Assembly: GCA_046263255.1 (NCBI GenBank)
Contig: JBHELD010000012.1
Coordinates: 451 to 64,450, forward strand
Length of the DNA stretch: 64,000 bases
Direction of reading: 5' to 3'
From: Actinomycetota bacterium
GTDB lineage: Bacteria; Actinomycetota; CADDZG01; WHSQ01
Shown: in pieces, positions 25,486-34,613 of the stretch
Layout: every line of letters starts with the position of its first letter
How positions within the stretch are numbered: the first letter of the stretch is position 1
Program-made: the position numbers and the translations under genes
Notes under the pieces: model-generated
Seen by the model: the letters and a program-made list of their open reading frames with translations, nothing else
Told to the model about the DNA's origin: nothing
The model's database searches: none

Positions 25486-27656
25486 GCCGGCGCATCCCGT
25501 ACATCCAGCAGCTCGAGATCTCCGACTGCGGGGCCGCCTGTCTCGCGATGTCGATGGCGCTGCACGGCCGGACGGTGTCGCCGGAGGAGGTCCGCAACGC
25601 CACCGGGACGGGGCGCGACGGCGTCAACGCGGCGTCGATCATCCGCGCCGCGCGCGCCTACGACATGCGGGCGCGGGGCGTGAAGGTCGATCTCGACGGG
25701 ATCAGGTACCTGCCGAAGGGGGCGATCCTGCACTGGGAGTTCAACCACTTCGTCGTCTTCGAGAAGATCGCGCGCGGCCACGTCGTCGTCGTCGATCCCG
25801 CCGCCGGGCGCCGCCGCATGCCGTTGGAGAGGTTCGGCGAGTCGTTCACCGGGGTCGCGCTGATCGTCGAGCCCGACGAGGGCTTCAGGCGCGACCGGTC
25901 GTACAACCGCAACGCCTGGCGCTACGTCCGGCCGATGATGCGGCAGTCGGGGATGCTCGGGCGCGTCGGGGTCGTGTCGCTGTTCATCCAGCTTCTCGCG
26001 CTCTCGGTGCCGATCCTCACCGGGGTCCTCGTCGACCGCATCGTCCCGACGGGCGACCGGAACCTCCTGCTCCTGTTGACGCTGGGGCTCCTGGCGATGG
26101 CGCTGTTCCACCTGCTCGCCTCGTTCGTCCGGGCGCACCTGCTGCTCCACCTGCGGACGCACCTCGACCTGAGGATCTCGCTCGGGTTCATCCAGCACCT
26201 CGTGTCGCTGCCGTACTCGTTCTTCCTGCAGCGCTCGTCGGGCGACTTGATGATGCGGCTGAACAGCAACTCGACCGTCCGCGAGATCCTGACGACCGGC
26301 GCGATGTCGACGATGCTCGACGGGACGCTCGTCAGCCTCTATCTGATCCTGATCTTCGTGCAGAGCCCCCGCATGGGCGCCGTGATCGTCGGCGTCGCCC
26401 TCCTGCAGGTCCTCGTCATGCTCATCTCGCACCGGCGCAACCAGCGCCTGATGTCCGAGACGTTGAACGCGCAGGCCCGCTCACAGGGATACCTCGTCCA
26501 GATCCTGAGCGGCATCGAGACGCTCAAATCCGTCGGAGCCGAGGACCGCGCGGTAACGGAGTGGACGAACTTCTTCGTCGACGAGGTGAACTCGACGCTC
26601 GCGCGGGGACGCCTCAACGCCGCGGTGGAGTCGCTCATGGGCTCGCTGCGCGTGGCGTCGCCGCTCGCGATCCTCGGCGTGGGCGCGTTGAGCGTGCTGA
26701 ACGGGAGCCTCACGCTCGGGGAGATGCTCGCGCTGAACGCCCTCGCCGCGGGCTTCCTCACCCCGCTGGCGAACCTCGTCACGACCGGGCTGCAGATGCA
26801 GCTGCTCGGCAGCTACATGGAGCGGATCAACGACGTGCTCGGCACGGCCCCGGAGCAGGAATCCAGGGAGAGCCTGGCGGCGCCGGCGCTGAAGGGGCGG
26901 ATCACGCTCGAGAACGTCTCGTTCCGCTACAGCGCCACGTCGCCGGACGTCGTCAAGGACGTGTCGCTCGAGATCGAGCCGGGGCAGAGCATCGCGATCG
27001 TCGGCAAGTCGGGCTCGGGCAAGTCCACGCTGGCGCACCTGATCCTCGGGCTCTACCCGCCGACCGCGGGGCGCGTGCTGTACGACGGGCACGACCTGAA
27101 GACGCTCGACCTCGCGTGGGTCCGCAAGCAGCTCGGGATCGTCCCGCAGGACGCGTTCCTCTTCGGGTCGAGCGTGCGCAAGAACATCGCGCTGGCCGAG
27201 CCCGACATGCCGCTCGAGCGCGTGGAGCGCGCCGCGACGCTCGCCGCGATCCACGACGAGATCGTGAGCTGGCCGATGGGATACGACACCGTCCTGGCCG
27301 ACGGGGGCGCATCGCTGTCGGGAGGCCAGCGGCAACGTCTCGCGCTCGCCCGGGCCCTCGTGCACGACCCGAAGATCCTCCTGCTCGACGAGGCGACGAG
27401 CCATCTCGACGTCGAGACGGAGCAGGTCGTCCACGGCCACCTGAACCGTCTGGGGTGCACGCGGATCGTGATCGCGCACCGTCTCAGCACCGTCCAGAAC
27501 GCGGACCTGATCCTCGTGATGGACGACGGCCGCTTCGTCGAGCGCGGCACGCACGACGACCTGCTCGGGGCGCGGGGGCGCTACTGGAGGCTCGTCGCGT
27601 CGCAGGGCGAGTCGCTCGTCCCGAAGGGGACCGGCCCGGCCCCCTCCGCCGCCTGA
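25482..27656 (+). CDS. peptidase C39 domain-containing ABC transporter (PCAT, bacteriocin-type processing exporter)
   Basis: N-terminal C39 domain with catalytic Cys (QQLEISDCGAACLAM), His (EFNHFVVFEK) and the VVVVDPA element. Six-TM ABC membrane domain. Walker A GKSGSGKST, signature LSGGQRQRLALARAL, Walker B ILLLDEATSHLD. Confidence 0.9.
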   Translation: MSRRIPYIQQLEISDCGAACLAMSMALHGRTVSPEEVRNATGTGRDGVNAASIIRAARAYDMRARGVKVDLDGIRYLPKGAILHWEFNHFVVFEKIARGHVVVVDPAAGRRRMPLERFGESFTGVALIVEPDEGFRRDRSYNRNAWRYVRPMMRQSGMLGRVGVVSLFIQLLALSVPILTGVLVDRIVPTGDRNLLLLLTLGLLAMALFHLLASFVRAHLLLHLRTHLDLRISLGFIQHLVSLPYSFFLQRSSGDLMMRLNSNSTVREILTTGAMSTMLDGTLVSLYLILIFVQSPRMGAVIVGVALLQVLVMLISHRRNQRLMSETLNAQARSQGYLVQILSGIETLKSVGAEDRAVTEWTNFFVDEVNSTLARGRLNAAVESLMGSLRVASPLAILGVGALSVLNGSLTLGEMLALNALAAGFLTPLANLVTTGLQMQLLGSYMERINDVLGTAPEQESRESLAAPALKGRITLENVSFRYSATSPDVVKDVSLEIEPGQSIAIVGKSGSGKSTLAHLILGLYPPTAGRVLYDGHDLKTLDLAWVRKQLGIVPQDAFLFGSSVRKNIALAEPDMPLERVERAATLAAIHDEIVSWPMGYDTVLADGGASLSGGQRQRLALARALVHDPKILLLDEATSHLDVETEQVVHGHLNRLGCTRIVIAHRLSTVQNADLILVMDDGRFVERGTHDDLLGARGRYWRLVASQGESLVPKGTGPAPSAA

Positions 27657-27797
27657 CCGTCGCCGTGCCGTTCCCCGGCGGGTTGCTGCAAACCGAGCAT
27701 AGCGGGGGGTTTATGGCGAGCCGCCACCGGCGCAGGATCGCTTGCACGCGCGGAGAACCCCCTCTCCAAGACCACCGATCGACGAGGTGACCAAACC

Positions 27798-28271
27798 GTG
27801 AAGAAGCTCATCGCACTCGCAGCGACCGCTCTCATCGTTGCCGCACCGGTCCAGAGCGCCTTCGCCGGCAAAGGTGGGAAGGGCGGCGCCCACCAGCACG
27901 TCCAGGGGACGATCGCCGTCCCGCAGGGCGGCAGCGCCGCGGCCCCCTGCGTCTACCGGACGCAGCGCACGCTCTTCACGCTTACCGGCACGAACGGGGT
28001 CTTCGGCTACACCTTCGACGTCGACCCGAAGACCGCCGGCAAGCCCTTCAAGCTCGAGGCCGGCAGCGGCACGGGCATGGACATCAGCTTCTACGCCGAG
28101 CTGGGGGACCCGACCGACCCGACCACGGCTCCCGCGAACGTGCCGTACGAGACGCCCGGCGCCGGCGGCGAGAAGGGCACCGTCCCCGCCGGTTACCCGA
28201 TCGCCTTCGTCTGCATGACGGACGGCGTCAACGGCAGCTTCACGTACGCGGCCGGCAAGGGCGTCAAGTAG
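27798..28271 (+). CDS. hypothetical secreted protein (157 aa)
   Basis: Sec-like signal MKKLIALAATALIVAAPVQSAFA, then GKGGKGGAHQH. GAGGTGA precedes GTG 27798. Last gene of the adaptor-PCAT operon. No family recognised. Confidence 0.65.
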   Translation: MKKLIALAATALIVAAPVQSAFAGKGGKGGAHQHVQGTIAVPQGGSAAAPCVYRTQRTLFTLTGTNGVFGYTFDVDPKTAGKPFKLEAGSGTGMDISFYAELGDPTDPTTAPANVPYETPGAGGEKGTVPAGYPIAFVCMTDGVNGSFTYAAGKGVK

Positions 28272-28293
28272 GAGGTCTCGTCTTCGAACAAGG

Positions 28294-28320
28294 GAGCCCC
28301 GGACCACCGGGGCTCTTTTC
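28294..28320. terminator. bidirectional intrinsic terminator hairpin
   Basis: GAGCCCCGG-ACCA-CCGGGGCTC (9-bp stem) followed by TTTTCG, between convergent genes ending at 28271 (+) and 28332 (-). Confidence 0.6.
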
Positions 28321-28331
28321 GTCTCGTTAGG

Positions 28332-29468
28332 TCATTCGCACTGCGCAACGCTCTCGCCGTTGGCGCACGTGTCGGTGTCGGGCCCGCCGACGAGCGTGTC
28401 GTCGCCGCCGCGGCCGTCGAGCGTGTCGTCCCCGCCGAGACCGTAGAGCGCGTTGTCGAGATCGTCGCCCAGGAGGTCGTCGTCGTAGGCGCTCCCGACT
28501 GCGCCCTCGACCGACGTGAGCGCGTCCGCGCCCTCGCCGCCCGAGGAGGAGCCGGCGGCGAGGTCGACGGCGACCGCGGCGCCGGACTGCGCGTAGACGA
28601 CGAAGTCGAACCCGTCGCGCCCGTCGACGTCGTCGTCGCCCCCGAGCGGATAGAAGGTGTTGCTCTCCGAGTCGCCCAACAGCGTGTCGCCGTGGTGCGA
28701 ACCGGCCACGACCTCCATGTTCACGAACGTGTCGTCGCCCTCCCCGGTGGCCGTCCCCTCCTCGAGGTCGACGGTGACGGGCGCGGGAGAGAACCTGAAC
28801 GAAGGCGTGTCCTGGCCCTCTCCCCCGTCCATGAAATCGTCGCCCGGACCGCCGTAGTGGGAGTCGAGCCCGTCGCCGCCGTGGATCCGGTCGTCGCCGA
28901 CCCCGCCCTTCTGGACGTCGGTCCCGCCGAGGCCCTCGATGCGGTCGGCCCCGCCGAGGCCCGTGATCGAGTTCTTCCCCGCGTCCCCGGTCAGCGTGTC
29001 GCCGTGGGCCGAGCCGATGAGCCTCTCGACCTCGACGAGCGCGTCGGCTCCCTCGCCGATCGCGGCGCGTATCTCGAGGTTCGCGTCGACCGGCGTCACC
29101 GACCTCTTGTAGCTCGCGGTGTCGACGTCGGCGCCCCCGTCGAGGCGGTCGTCGCCCCGGCCCCCCTGCATCGTGTCGTTGCCGCCGTGGCCCTCCACCT
29201 TGTCGTGCCCGTTCGCGCCCTCGATCTTGTCGTTGCCGTCGCCCCCGCAGATCATGTCGTTTCCGGCGAGGCCCTTGACGACGTCCGCGCCGCCGCGGGC
29301 GGCGATCACGTCGGCGAACCTGGTGCCCTCGATCCTGTCGGCGCCCTGGGTGCCGACGATCGTCGCGGTCTTGCCCATGCAGGACTCGCGGGCGGCCACG
29401 GGGACGGCGGCAACGCCCAGCAGCGCCAGCGCGAGCACAGCCGCCGCGGCAGCGGTCTTCTTCGTCAC
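28332..29468 (-). CDS. secreted RTX/beta-roll calcium-binding protein (378 aa)
   Basis: Signal MTKKTAAAAAVLALALLGVAAVPVAA, N-module CMGKTATIVGTQGADRIEGT, many GGxGxD repeats, C-terminal cap CANGESVAQCE. GAGGAGG precedes GTG 29468. Confidence 0.85.
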   Translation of the reverse strand: MTKKTAAAAAVLALALLGVAAVPVAARESCMGKTATIVGTQGADRIEGTRFADVIAARGGADVVKGLAGNDMICGGDGNDKIEGANGHDKVEGHGGNDTMQGGRGDDRLDGGADVDTASYKRSVTPVDANLEIRAAIGEGADALVEVERLIGSAHGDTLTGDAGKNSITGLGGADRIEGLGGTDVQKGGVGDDRIHGGDGLDSHYGGPGDDFMDGGEGQDTPSFRFSPAPVTVDLEEGTATGEGDDTFVNMEVVAGSHHGDTLLGDSESNTFYPLGGDDDVDGRDGFDFVVYAQSGAAVAVDLAAGSSSGGEGADALTSVEGAVGSAYDDDLLGDDLDNALYGLGGDDTLDGRGGDDTLVGGPDTDTCANGESVAQCE

Positions 29469-29581
29469 CAGGACCTCCTCGGGGCGGGTCGTCGCGTTGC
29501 CACATCAATACCCGCGCAGCCGCCCGGGAAGTCGCATCTCCACAGACGCGTGCGCGCAGCGGCCCCCTTTTCGATGGTAGC

Positions 29582-29605
29582 GATGGTGCACCACCGCGCC
29601 ATCAC
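29582..29605. promoter_or_regulatory. GATGGTG-N10-CCATCAC element upstream of an RTX gene
   Basis: The same half-sites and 10-nt spacing occur in the core of the 24851..24890 inverted repeat (24860..24883). It sits 114 nt upstream of start 29468. Function is not established. Confidence 0.4.
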
Positions 29606-29679
29606 GCCCCTCAATTTCCGCCGGCCGCCCCGCAGGATCATGTTGCTTCGGGGCCGCCGGCCGTGGCTCTCTCCTGCGC

Positions 29680-30483
29680 TCAGCGTCTCTGGCACGACGG
29701 GCAGTAGGTGGTCCCGCGCCCCCCGAGGACGATCTTGCGGAGCGGCGTCCCGCAGCGGGGGCAGGGCATCCCCGAGCGGCCGTATGCGATCAGGAAGTCC
29801 GCGTTGCGGCCGGACTCGCCGTCGACCATGCGGTAGTCCGAGAACGTCGTCCCCTCCCGCTGGATCGCCCCGGAAAGCACCTCGCGTATGGCCGCATGCA
29901 GCGCCCGAGCACGCTCCGGCCCCACGGAGCGTGACCGCGGATGGATGCGCGCGAGCCACAGAGCCTCGTCCGCGTAGATGTTGCCGACGCCGGCGACGGG
30001 GCGCTGGCTCAGCAGGAACGGCTTGACCGGCGCCGTCGTCCGTCGCAGCTCGGCGGCGAAACGCTCGGGATCGAACTGGTCCGACAGCGGCTCGGGGCCG
30101 AGCCTCGCAAGCGTAGGCAGCGACCGGTAGTCGCCGGCAGGCACCACCGCCATGCGCCCGAACCTCCGTACGTCCCTGAACACGAGCCTCCGGCCGTCGT
30201 CGAGGTCGACGGTCGCGCGCGCGTAGTCGTCCTGGACGTCGAATCGGAAGGAGCCCGTCATGCCCAGGTGCATCACGAGCTCGAGTCGTGAATCCAGCGG
30301 CGCGATCAGGAACTTTCCCCTCCTCCCCACGCACTCGATCCGGCGCCCCCTCAGCCGGTCCACGTCCTGGAACTCGCGCGGGATCGCGGGATGCGGGTCG
30401 GTCCAGACGGCGACGGCGCGGCGCCCGGAGAGCTCGGGGTCGAGCTGCCTGCGAACGGATTCGACCTCGGGAAGCTCGGGCAC
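29680..30483 (-). CDS. mutM: formamidopyrimidine-DNA glycosylase / Nei-family DNA glycosylase
   Basis: The canonical N-terminus MPELPEVE, H2TH region and C-terminal zinc finger CPRCGTPLRKIVLGGRGTTYCPSCQ. Confidence 0.9.
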   Translation of the reverse strand: MPELPEVESVRRQLDPELSGRRAVAVWTDPHPAIPREFQDVDRLRGRRIECVGRRGKFLIAPLDSRLELVMHLGMTGSFRFDVQDDYARATVDLDDGRRLVFRDVRRFGRMAVVPAGDYRSLPTLARLGPEPLSDQFDPERFAAELRRTTAPVKPFLLSQRPVAGVGNIYADEALWLARIHPRSRSVGPERARALHAAIREVLSGAIQREGTTFSDYRMVDGESGRNADFLIAYGRSGMPCPRCGTPLRKIVLGGRGTTYCPSCQRR

Positions 30484-30515
30484 GAGCCGAGCGTAGCTGC
30501 CTGTAACTTCGGCGC

Positions 30516-30911
30516 ATGCCCCAGCACTCGATAGACCCGCACGAGCTCCCCTATGCCCCCGACAAGCTCCCGCTCAAGGAGGAGGTCGGCGCGGCCGGGT
30601 TCTTCGCCGTCGACATGAGGGCCGGCCGCGTCGTCGCCGTCGAGGACTTCCCCGAAGCCCGTGCCCCCTCGTGGAAGGTGTCGGTCGACTTCGGGCCGGT
30701 GATCGGCGTGCTGGAGACGAGCGCCAAGATCAAGAACTACAGCCCCGAGGAGCTGACCGGACGGATGGTGGTCGGCGCGGTCAACCTCGGCACCCGCCGC
30801 ATCGCGGGGTTCAGAAGTCAGTTCCTCGTCCTCGGCGCGCTGGATCCCGACGGGACCGTGCGGCTCCTGCAGCTCGAGGACTCGGTGCAGCCGGGCGCTC
30901 CCATCGCCTAG
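30516..30911 (+). CDS. tRNA-binding domain protein (CsaA-like)
   Basis: 131 aa. MRAGRVVAVEDFPEARAPSWKVSVDFG...TSAKIKNYSPEELTGRMVVGAVNLGTRRIAGFRSQFLVLG matches the EMAP/CsaA-type OB-fold pattern. Confidence 0.8.
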   Translation: MPQHSIDPHELPYAPDKLPLKEEVGAAGFFAVDMRAGRVVAVEDFPEARAPSWKVSVDFGPVIGVLETSAKIKNYSPEELTGRMVVGAVNLGTRRIAGFRSQFLVLGALDPDGTVRLLQLEDSVQPGAPIA

Positions 30912-30938
30912 CCGGCCGTGGCGCGCGTCGTACTCGCG

Positions 30939-31982
30939 CTAGGCCTTCTCCGCCCACGGCACGACGATCTCCTGCGAGATCAGCTTGACCGCGGCTGCCG
31001 CCGGTATCGCCATCAGCACGCCCGGGACGCCGAGCAGCGCCGCGCCGGTGAGGGCCGCGACGAGGACCGCGGCCGGAGAGAGGTCGACCGCCTTCGTCAT
31101 CACGCGGGGAGCGATGAGGTAGTTCTCGACCTGCTGATAGAAGACGAAGAACGCGAGCGTCGCGATCCCGACCGGCAACGAGACGAAGAACGCGACGACG
31201 ACCGCGGGAACGGCGCCGAGCGTCGCGCCGACGAGCGGGATCAGGTCCGCGATGGCGACCCACAGCGCCAGGGCGACGGGGAACGGAACGCCGACGATCG
31301 TGAGGAAGACGAACGAGACGACGCCGGCGATGACCGAGATCACGACGTTGCCGGCGATGTACCCGCCGATCTTCTGCAGGATCGGGTCGACGATGCTCTG
31401 CACGCGCTCACGCCTGCTCTTCGGGATCAGCTTCAAGCTCCCCTCGCGGATGCGAGCGAGGCTCAGCGAGAAGTAGACGGTGAGCACGAGCACGGTGAGG
31501 GTGTTGAAGATCGTCGCGAGGACCGACCCCGCGACGCCCAGGATCGTCCCGAACGAGCCGCCGATCTGCGCCGGGATGTTCTCGGTCGCGCTGCGGAGCC
31601 GCTCCGCGATCGCCTGCTCGGACACGTACTCCTGGAGCCGCTCGTTGTTCTCGGCCAGGTCCTGGACGTAGCCCGGCAGGTCCCGCGCGAACTGGGTCAC
31701 CTGCGAGACGAGCGGCGGGACCACGGCGGCGGCGAAGCCGGCGAGGAAGACGATGATGCCGAGAAGGATCACCAGGACCGCGTGCCCGCGCTTCAGCCCC
31801 CACTGCTGCAGCCGCCGGACGGCGGGGTCCATACCCACCGCGAGGAACGCGGCGACGAAGACGAGCATGAGGAGGCTGCGCACGAGGTACACGCAGTAGA
31901 CGAAGAGAACGGCGATCGAACCGACGACGACGATCTTGAAGATGTCCTTCGCGCTGATCCGGCTCGATGCCGCCGCGGCCAT
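30939..31982 (-). CDS. AI-2E family transporter (PerM/UPF0118)
   Basis: 347 aa with about 8 hydrophobic segments. The C-terminal motif GGYIAGNVVISVIAGV...ADLIPLVGATLGAVP is typical of the AI-2E family. Confidence 0.85.
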   Translation of the reverse strand: MAAAASSRISAKDIFKIVVVGSIAVLFVYCVYLVRSLLMLVFVAAFLAVGMDPAVRRLQQWGLKRGHAVLVILLGIIVFLAGFAAAVVPPLVSQVTQFARDLPGYVQDLAENNERLQEYVSEQAIAERLRSATENIPAQIGGSFGTILGVAGSVLATIFNTLTVLVLTVYFSLSLARIREGSLKLIPKSRRERVQSIVDPILQKIGGYIAGNVVISVIAGVVSFVFLTIVGVPFPVALALWVAIADLIPLVGATLGAVPAVVVAFFVSLPVGIATLAFFVFYQQVENYLIAPRVMTKAVDLSPAAVLVAALTGAALLGVPGVLMAIPAAAAVKLISQEIVVPWAEKA

Positions 31983-32000
31983 AGACGGAGTGTACGGGCG

Positions 32001-32372
32001 TTACCCGTTCGGGAGGTGCTTTGCCACGAGCGCGAGCAGGTCGTCGTACTTGAACGGCTTGATGAGGTAGTCGTGCGAGCCGACGACCTCGGCCTTGCGG
32101 AGGGTCGGGGGGCTCGAATGCGCGGACATCATCACGACCGGCGTCTCGGCGAACTCCCGCCGCGAGCGCAGCGTCCTGAGCACCTCGAACCCCTCTGCGT
32201 CGGGAAGCCGGATGTCGAGGAGGATCAGCGCCGGCCTGATCTCGAGCGCGCGGGCGACTGCCTCCGCCGCCGTCGATGCCTCCTCGACCGCATAGCCGCT
32301 GCCCTCGAGCGTCATCCTCACCAGCAGCCGGAGGTCGGGCTCGTCGTCTACTACGAGGATCGTCTGCGTCAC
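32001..32372 (-). CDS. single-domain response regulator (receiver only)
   Basis: ILVVDDEPDLR...ILLDIRLPDAEGF...IKPF receiver motifs. GTG 32372 overlaps the upstream kinase stop as GTGA. Confidence 0.85.
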   Translation of the reverse strand: MTQTILVVDDEPDLRLLVRMTLEGSGYAVEEASTAAEAVARALEIRPALILLDIRLPDAEGFEVLRTLRSRREFAETPVVMMSAHSSPPTLRKAEVVGSHDYLIKPFKYDDLLALVAKHLPNG

Positions 32373-34570
32373 TCCGCGCTCTTCAGCTTGACGCAGAACC
32401 GCGCGCCGGTCGGCCGGCGCGGCTCGTGCCAGATCTCGCCGCCGCACGCCTCGACGAGCATCTTCACGATCGCGAGGCCCAGCCCCGACCCGCCGGTCGT
32501 CGACGAGGTCGAGCCGCGCGAGAACGGCTGGAAGAGCTCGCCGACCAGCTGGTCCTCGACCCCCGGCCCGTCGTCGGACACCGACAGGATCACGTCGCCG
32601 TTGCGCCGCCCCCCGCTGAGCGAGATGTTCGGGCCCCCGTACCGGTAGGCGTTAGTCAGCAGGTTCGTCACCACCTGGTCCAGCCGGTGCCGGTCGGCAA
32701 GCGCCACGGGCGTGTCGTCCACCTCGACCTGTACCCGGCGGCCGTCGGGAGGCGGCGTGTTGGCGACGACCTCGCGCGCGAGCTTGTCGATCGGGACCGG
32801 CTCGATGTCGACGCTGACCTGCCCGGCCTGGAGCTTCGACAGGTCCAGAAGGTTCTCGATCAGCACCGCCAGGCGGTCGCCGGATCGCGTCATCGCGTCG
32901 AACATCGTCTGGAGCTTGCTCTCGTCGAGACGGTGCCGCGCGCGCGACAGCATCTCGACGAAGCCCAGCAGCGACGTCAACGGCGTGCGCAGCTCGTGGG
33001 CGGCGTTGGCGATGAAGCGCTCCCGTAGAGCGTCCTGCTCCTTCTGCTCCGTGACGTCCTGGAGAGTCCCGATCATCGCGGTGGGCCGCCCGGTGGCGTC
33101 CTTCACGACCTTGCCGCGGGTGTGCACGATCATCACGGAGCCGTCGCGGCGCACGAAGCGGTGCTCGTAGTCGAGGGAGTGTCCCTCCTCGAGCGCTCTC
33201 CGCGACTGTTCCTGCGCGATCTCGCGGTCCTCGGGGTGCATATGCCGCTGGTACACGTCCGACGTGGGCTCGAACTCCCCCGGCTCGAACCCCAGCATCC
33301 GGTACATCTGATCGGACCACGTGATGCGGTCGCGCTCGATGTCCCACCGCCAGCTGCCGGTGCGCGCGATCTGCTGCGCCTCGAGCAGCTGCTCGGTGAG
33401 CTGCCGCTCTCTGCGCGAGTGCTCGGTGCGCGCGAGCGCGAGGTCGGCGAGCAGCGCGAGGCGGCGCAGCTCGTCGGTCTCCTCCTGGCCGAAGAACGGC
33501 GTGTACGGGCTGGTGACGACTACGAGCTTCCCCGACCTCATCGGCACGGCGACCGTCCCGGTGCCCTCGGGCGGCGTCTCGGCGCCGCCGGTCGCGAACG
33601 ATGCCGCGAGGTCCGCGGCCTCACGGGGGCTGAGGCCTTGCACTCCGGTGACCGCACCCTCTCGGTCGAGGATCAGCGACCCGCGGCCCGCCGTCAGCTC
33701 GGTGACCTCGGGCAGCAGGATGTCGGTGATGTCCGCGGGGGACATTGCCTCCATCAACGCGAACTCCGCCTCCTGCAGGCGCGCGGTTCCCGCCTGCCGC
33801 CACGCGTTCCGCACGAAACCCGGCGGGGCGAACCCCAACAGGAAGAACGGCCCCGTGGCGAGCGCGAGGATCGCGGTGCCGATCTGCGTGCCGGTCACCT
33901 CTTCGCTCGACGTCGCGGTGCCGGCGACGACGAGCGTGATCGCGAGGCCCGCGGCGCCGATGCTCATCGTCCTCATGCGCCTCCGCGCGACGACGGGCTG
34001 GCCGCGCCCGGCCCGCCAGAGCCGGAACGTGACGGTGCCGAGGAGGATCACCCACTGCGTCAACAGCAGGTAGACGTACGCCCGGAAGGAATCCGTGCGC
34101 GGCTCTCCCACCTCCGGGAAGTGGTCGAGGAGGAACGTCCAGACGATCGTCGCACCGGTGAGTAACGCCGCGATCGCGTGCAACACCCGGCCCGGCGACT
34201 CGAACGCCGCCATGAACCGGAACATGAAGTAGGGGAACAGCACGAGCGCGACGATGATCGCTCGGCGCATCACGTCGACCAGCGGAGCGTCGCTGTGCTC
34301 GGGCAGAAGCTCCGAGATCAAGATCACCGACGCGAACGCGCTGAACGTGGCGGCGACCCATCCGGCGGGCTCGCCGCCGCGCCGGCGCCACTGGATCAAT
34401 GCGATCAACCCCAGCGCGACGTACAGGGCGAGCTGTACGTAGCCCAGGACTTCGTGAAGCCTTTCCAAGAAGTCTCCGATCGCGGGAACCCGGGGAACAG
34501 ATTGTAGGTTCGTTTCACCCGGCGTGCGAGGATTCGCACGCGCAGCTCCGTTCCGGGAAACGAGGAACAC
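32369..34570 (-). CDS. membrane sensor histidine kinase with PAS domain
   Basis: Multi-TM N-terminus, PAS (TGSWRWDIERDRITWSDQMYRMLGF), H-box ANAAHELRTPLTSLLGF and ATPase motifs DDGPGV and GGSGLGLAIVK. The start is uncertain: GTG 34570, or TTG 34468 behind GGAG. Confidence 0.8.
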   Translation of the reverse strand: MFLVSRNGAARANPRTPGETNLQSVPRVPAIGDFLERLHEVLGYVQLALYVALGLIALIQWRRRGGEPAGWVAATFSAFASVILISELLPEHSDAPLVDVMRRAIIVALVLFPYFMFRFMAAFESPGRVLHAIAALLTGATIVWTFLLDHFPEVGEPRTDSFRAYVYLLLTQWVILLGTVTFRLWRAGRGQPVVARRRMRTMSIGAAGLAITLVVAGTATSSEEVTGTQIGTAILALATGPFFLLGFAPPGFVRNAWRQAGTARLQEAEFALMEAMSPADITDILLPEVTELTAGRGSLILDREGAVTGVQGLSPREAADLAASFATGGAETPPEGTGTVAVPMRSGKLVVVTSPYTPFFGQEETDELRRLALLADLALARTEHSRRERQLTEQLLEAQQIARTGSWRWDIERDRITWSDQMYRMLGFEPGEFEPTSDVYQRHMHPEDREIAQEQSRRALEEGHSLDYEHRFVRRDGSVMIVHTRGKVVKDATGRPTAMIGTLQDVTEQKEQDALRERFIANAAHELRTPLTSLLGFVEMLSRARHRLDESKLQTMFDAMTRSGDRLAVLIENLLDLSKLQAGQVSVDIEPVPIDKLAREVVANTPPPDGRRVQVEVDDTPVALADRHRLDQVVTNLLTNAYRYGGPNISLSGGRRNGDVILSVSDDGPGVEDQLVGELFQPFSRGSTSSTTGGSGLGLAIVKMLVEACGGEIWHEPRRPTGARFCVKLKSAE

Positions 34571-34613
34571 GTCTCCGGCCGGCTACACGTGACGTCCGCT
34601 GTAACTTGCGGTC

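Noticed and set aside
27798-27890. GKGGKGG after the signal peptide of the 157-aa protein as a PCAT double-glycine cleavage site
   Set aside because: The preceding sequence is a standard Sec signal (AXA cleavage at AFA). It lacks the conserved hydrophobic spacing (-4, -7, -12, -15) and acidic residues of GG leaders. It is retained only as a hypothesis within the PCAT finding.
29469-29608. 46-codon upstream ORF (VMARWCTIATIEKG...) whose TGA overlaps the GTG start of RTX gene 28332..29468
   Set aside because: It has no RBS. It is not conserved in the equivalent position upstream of the other RTX gene, and its composition is unconvincing. It is probably a chance frame.
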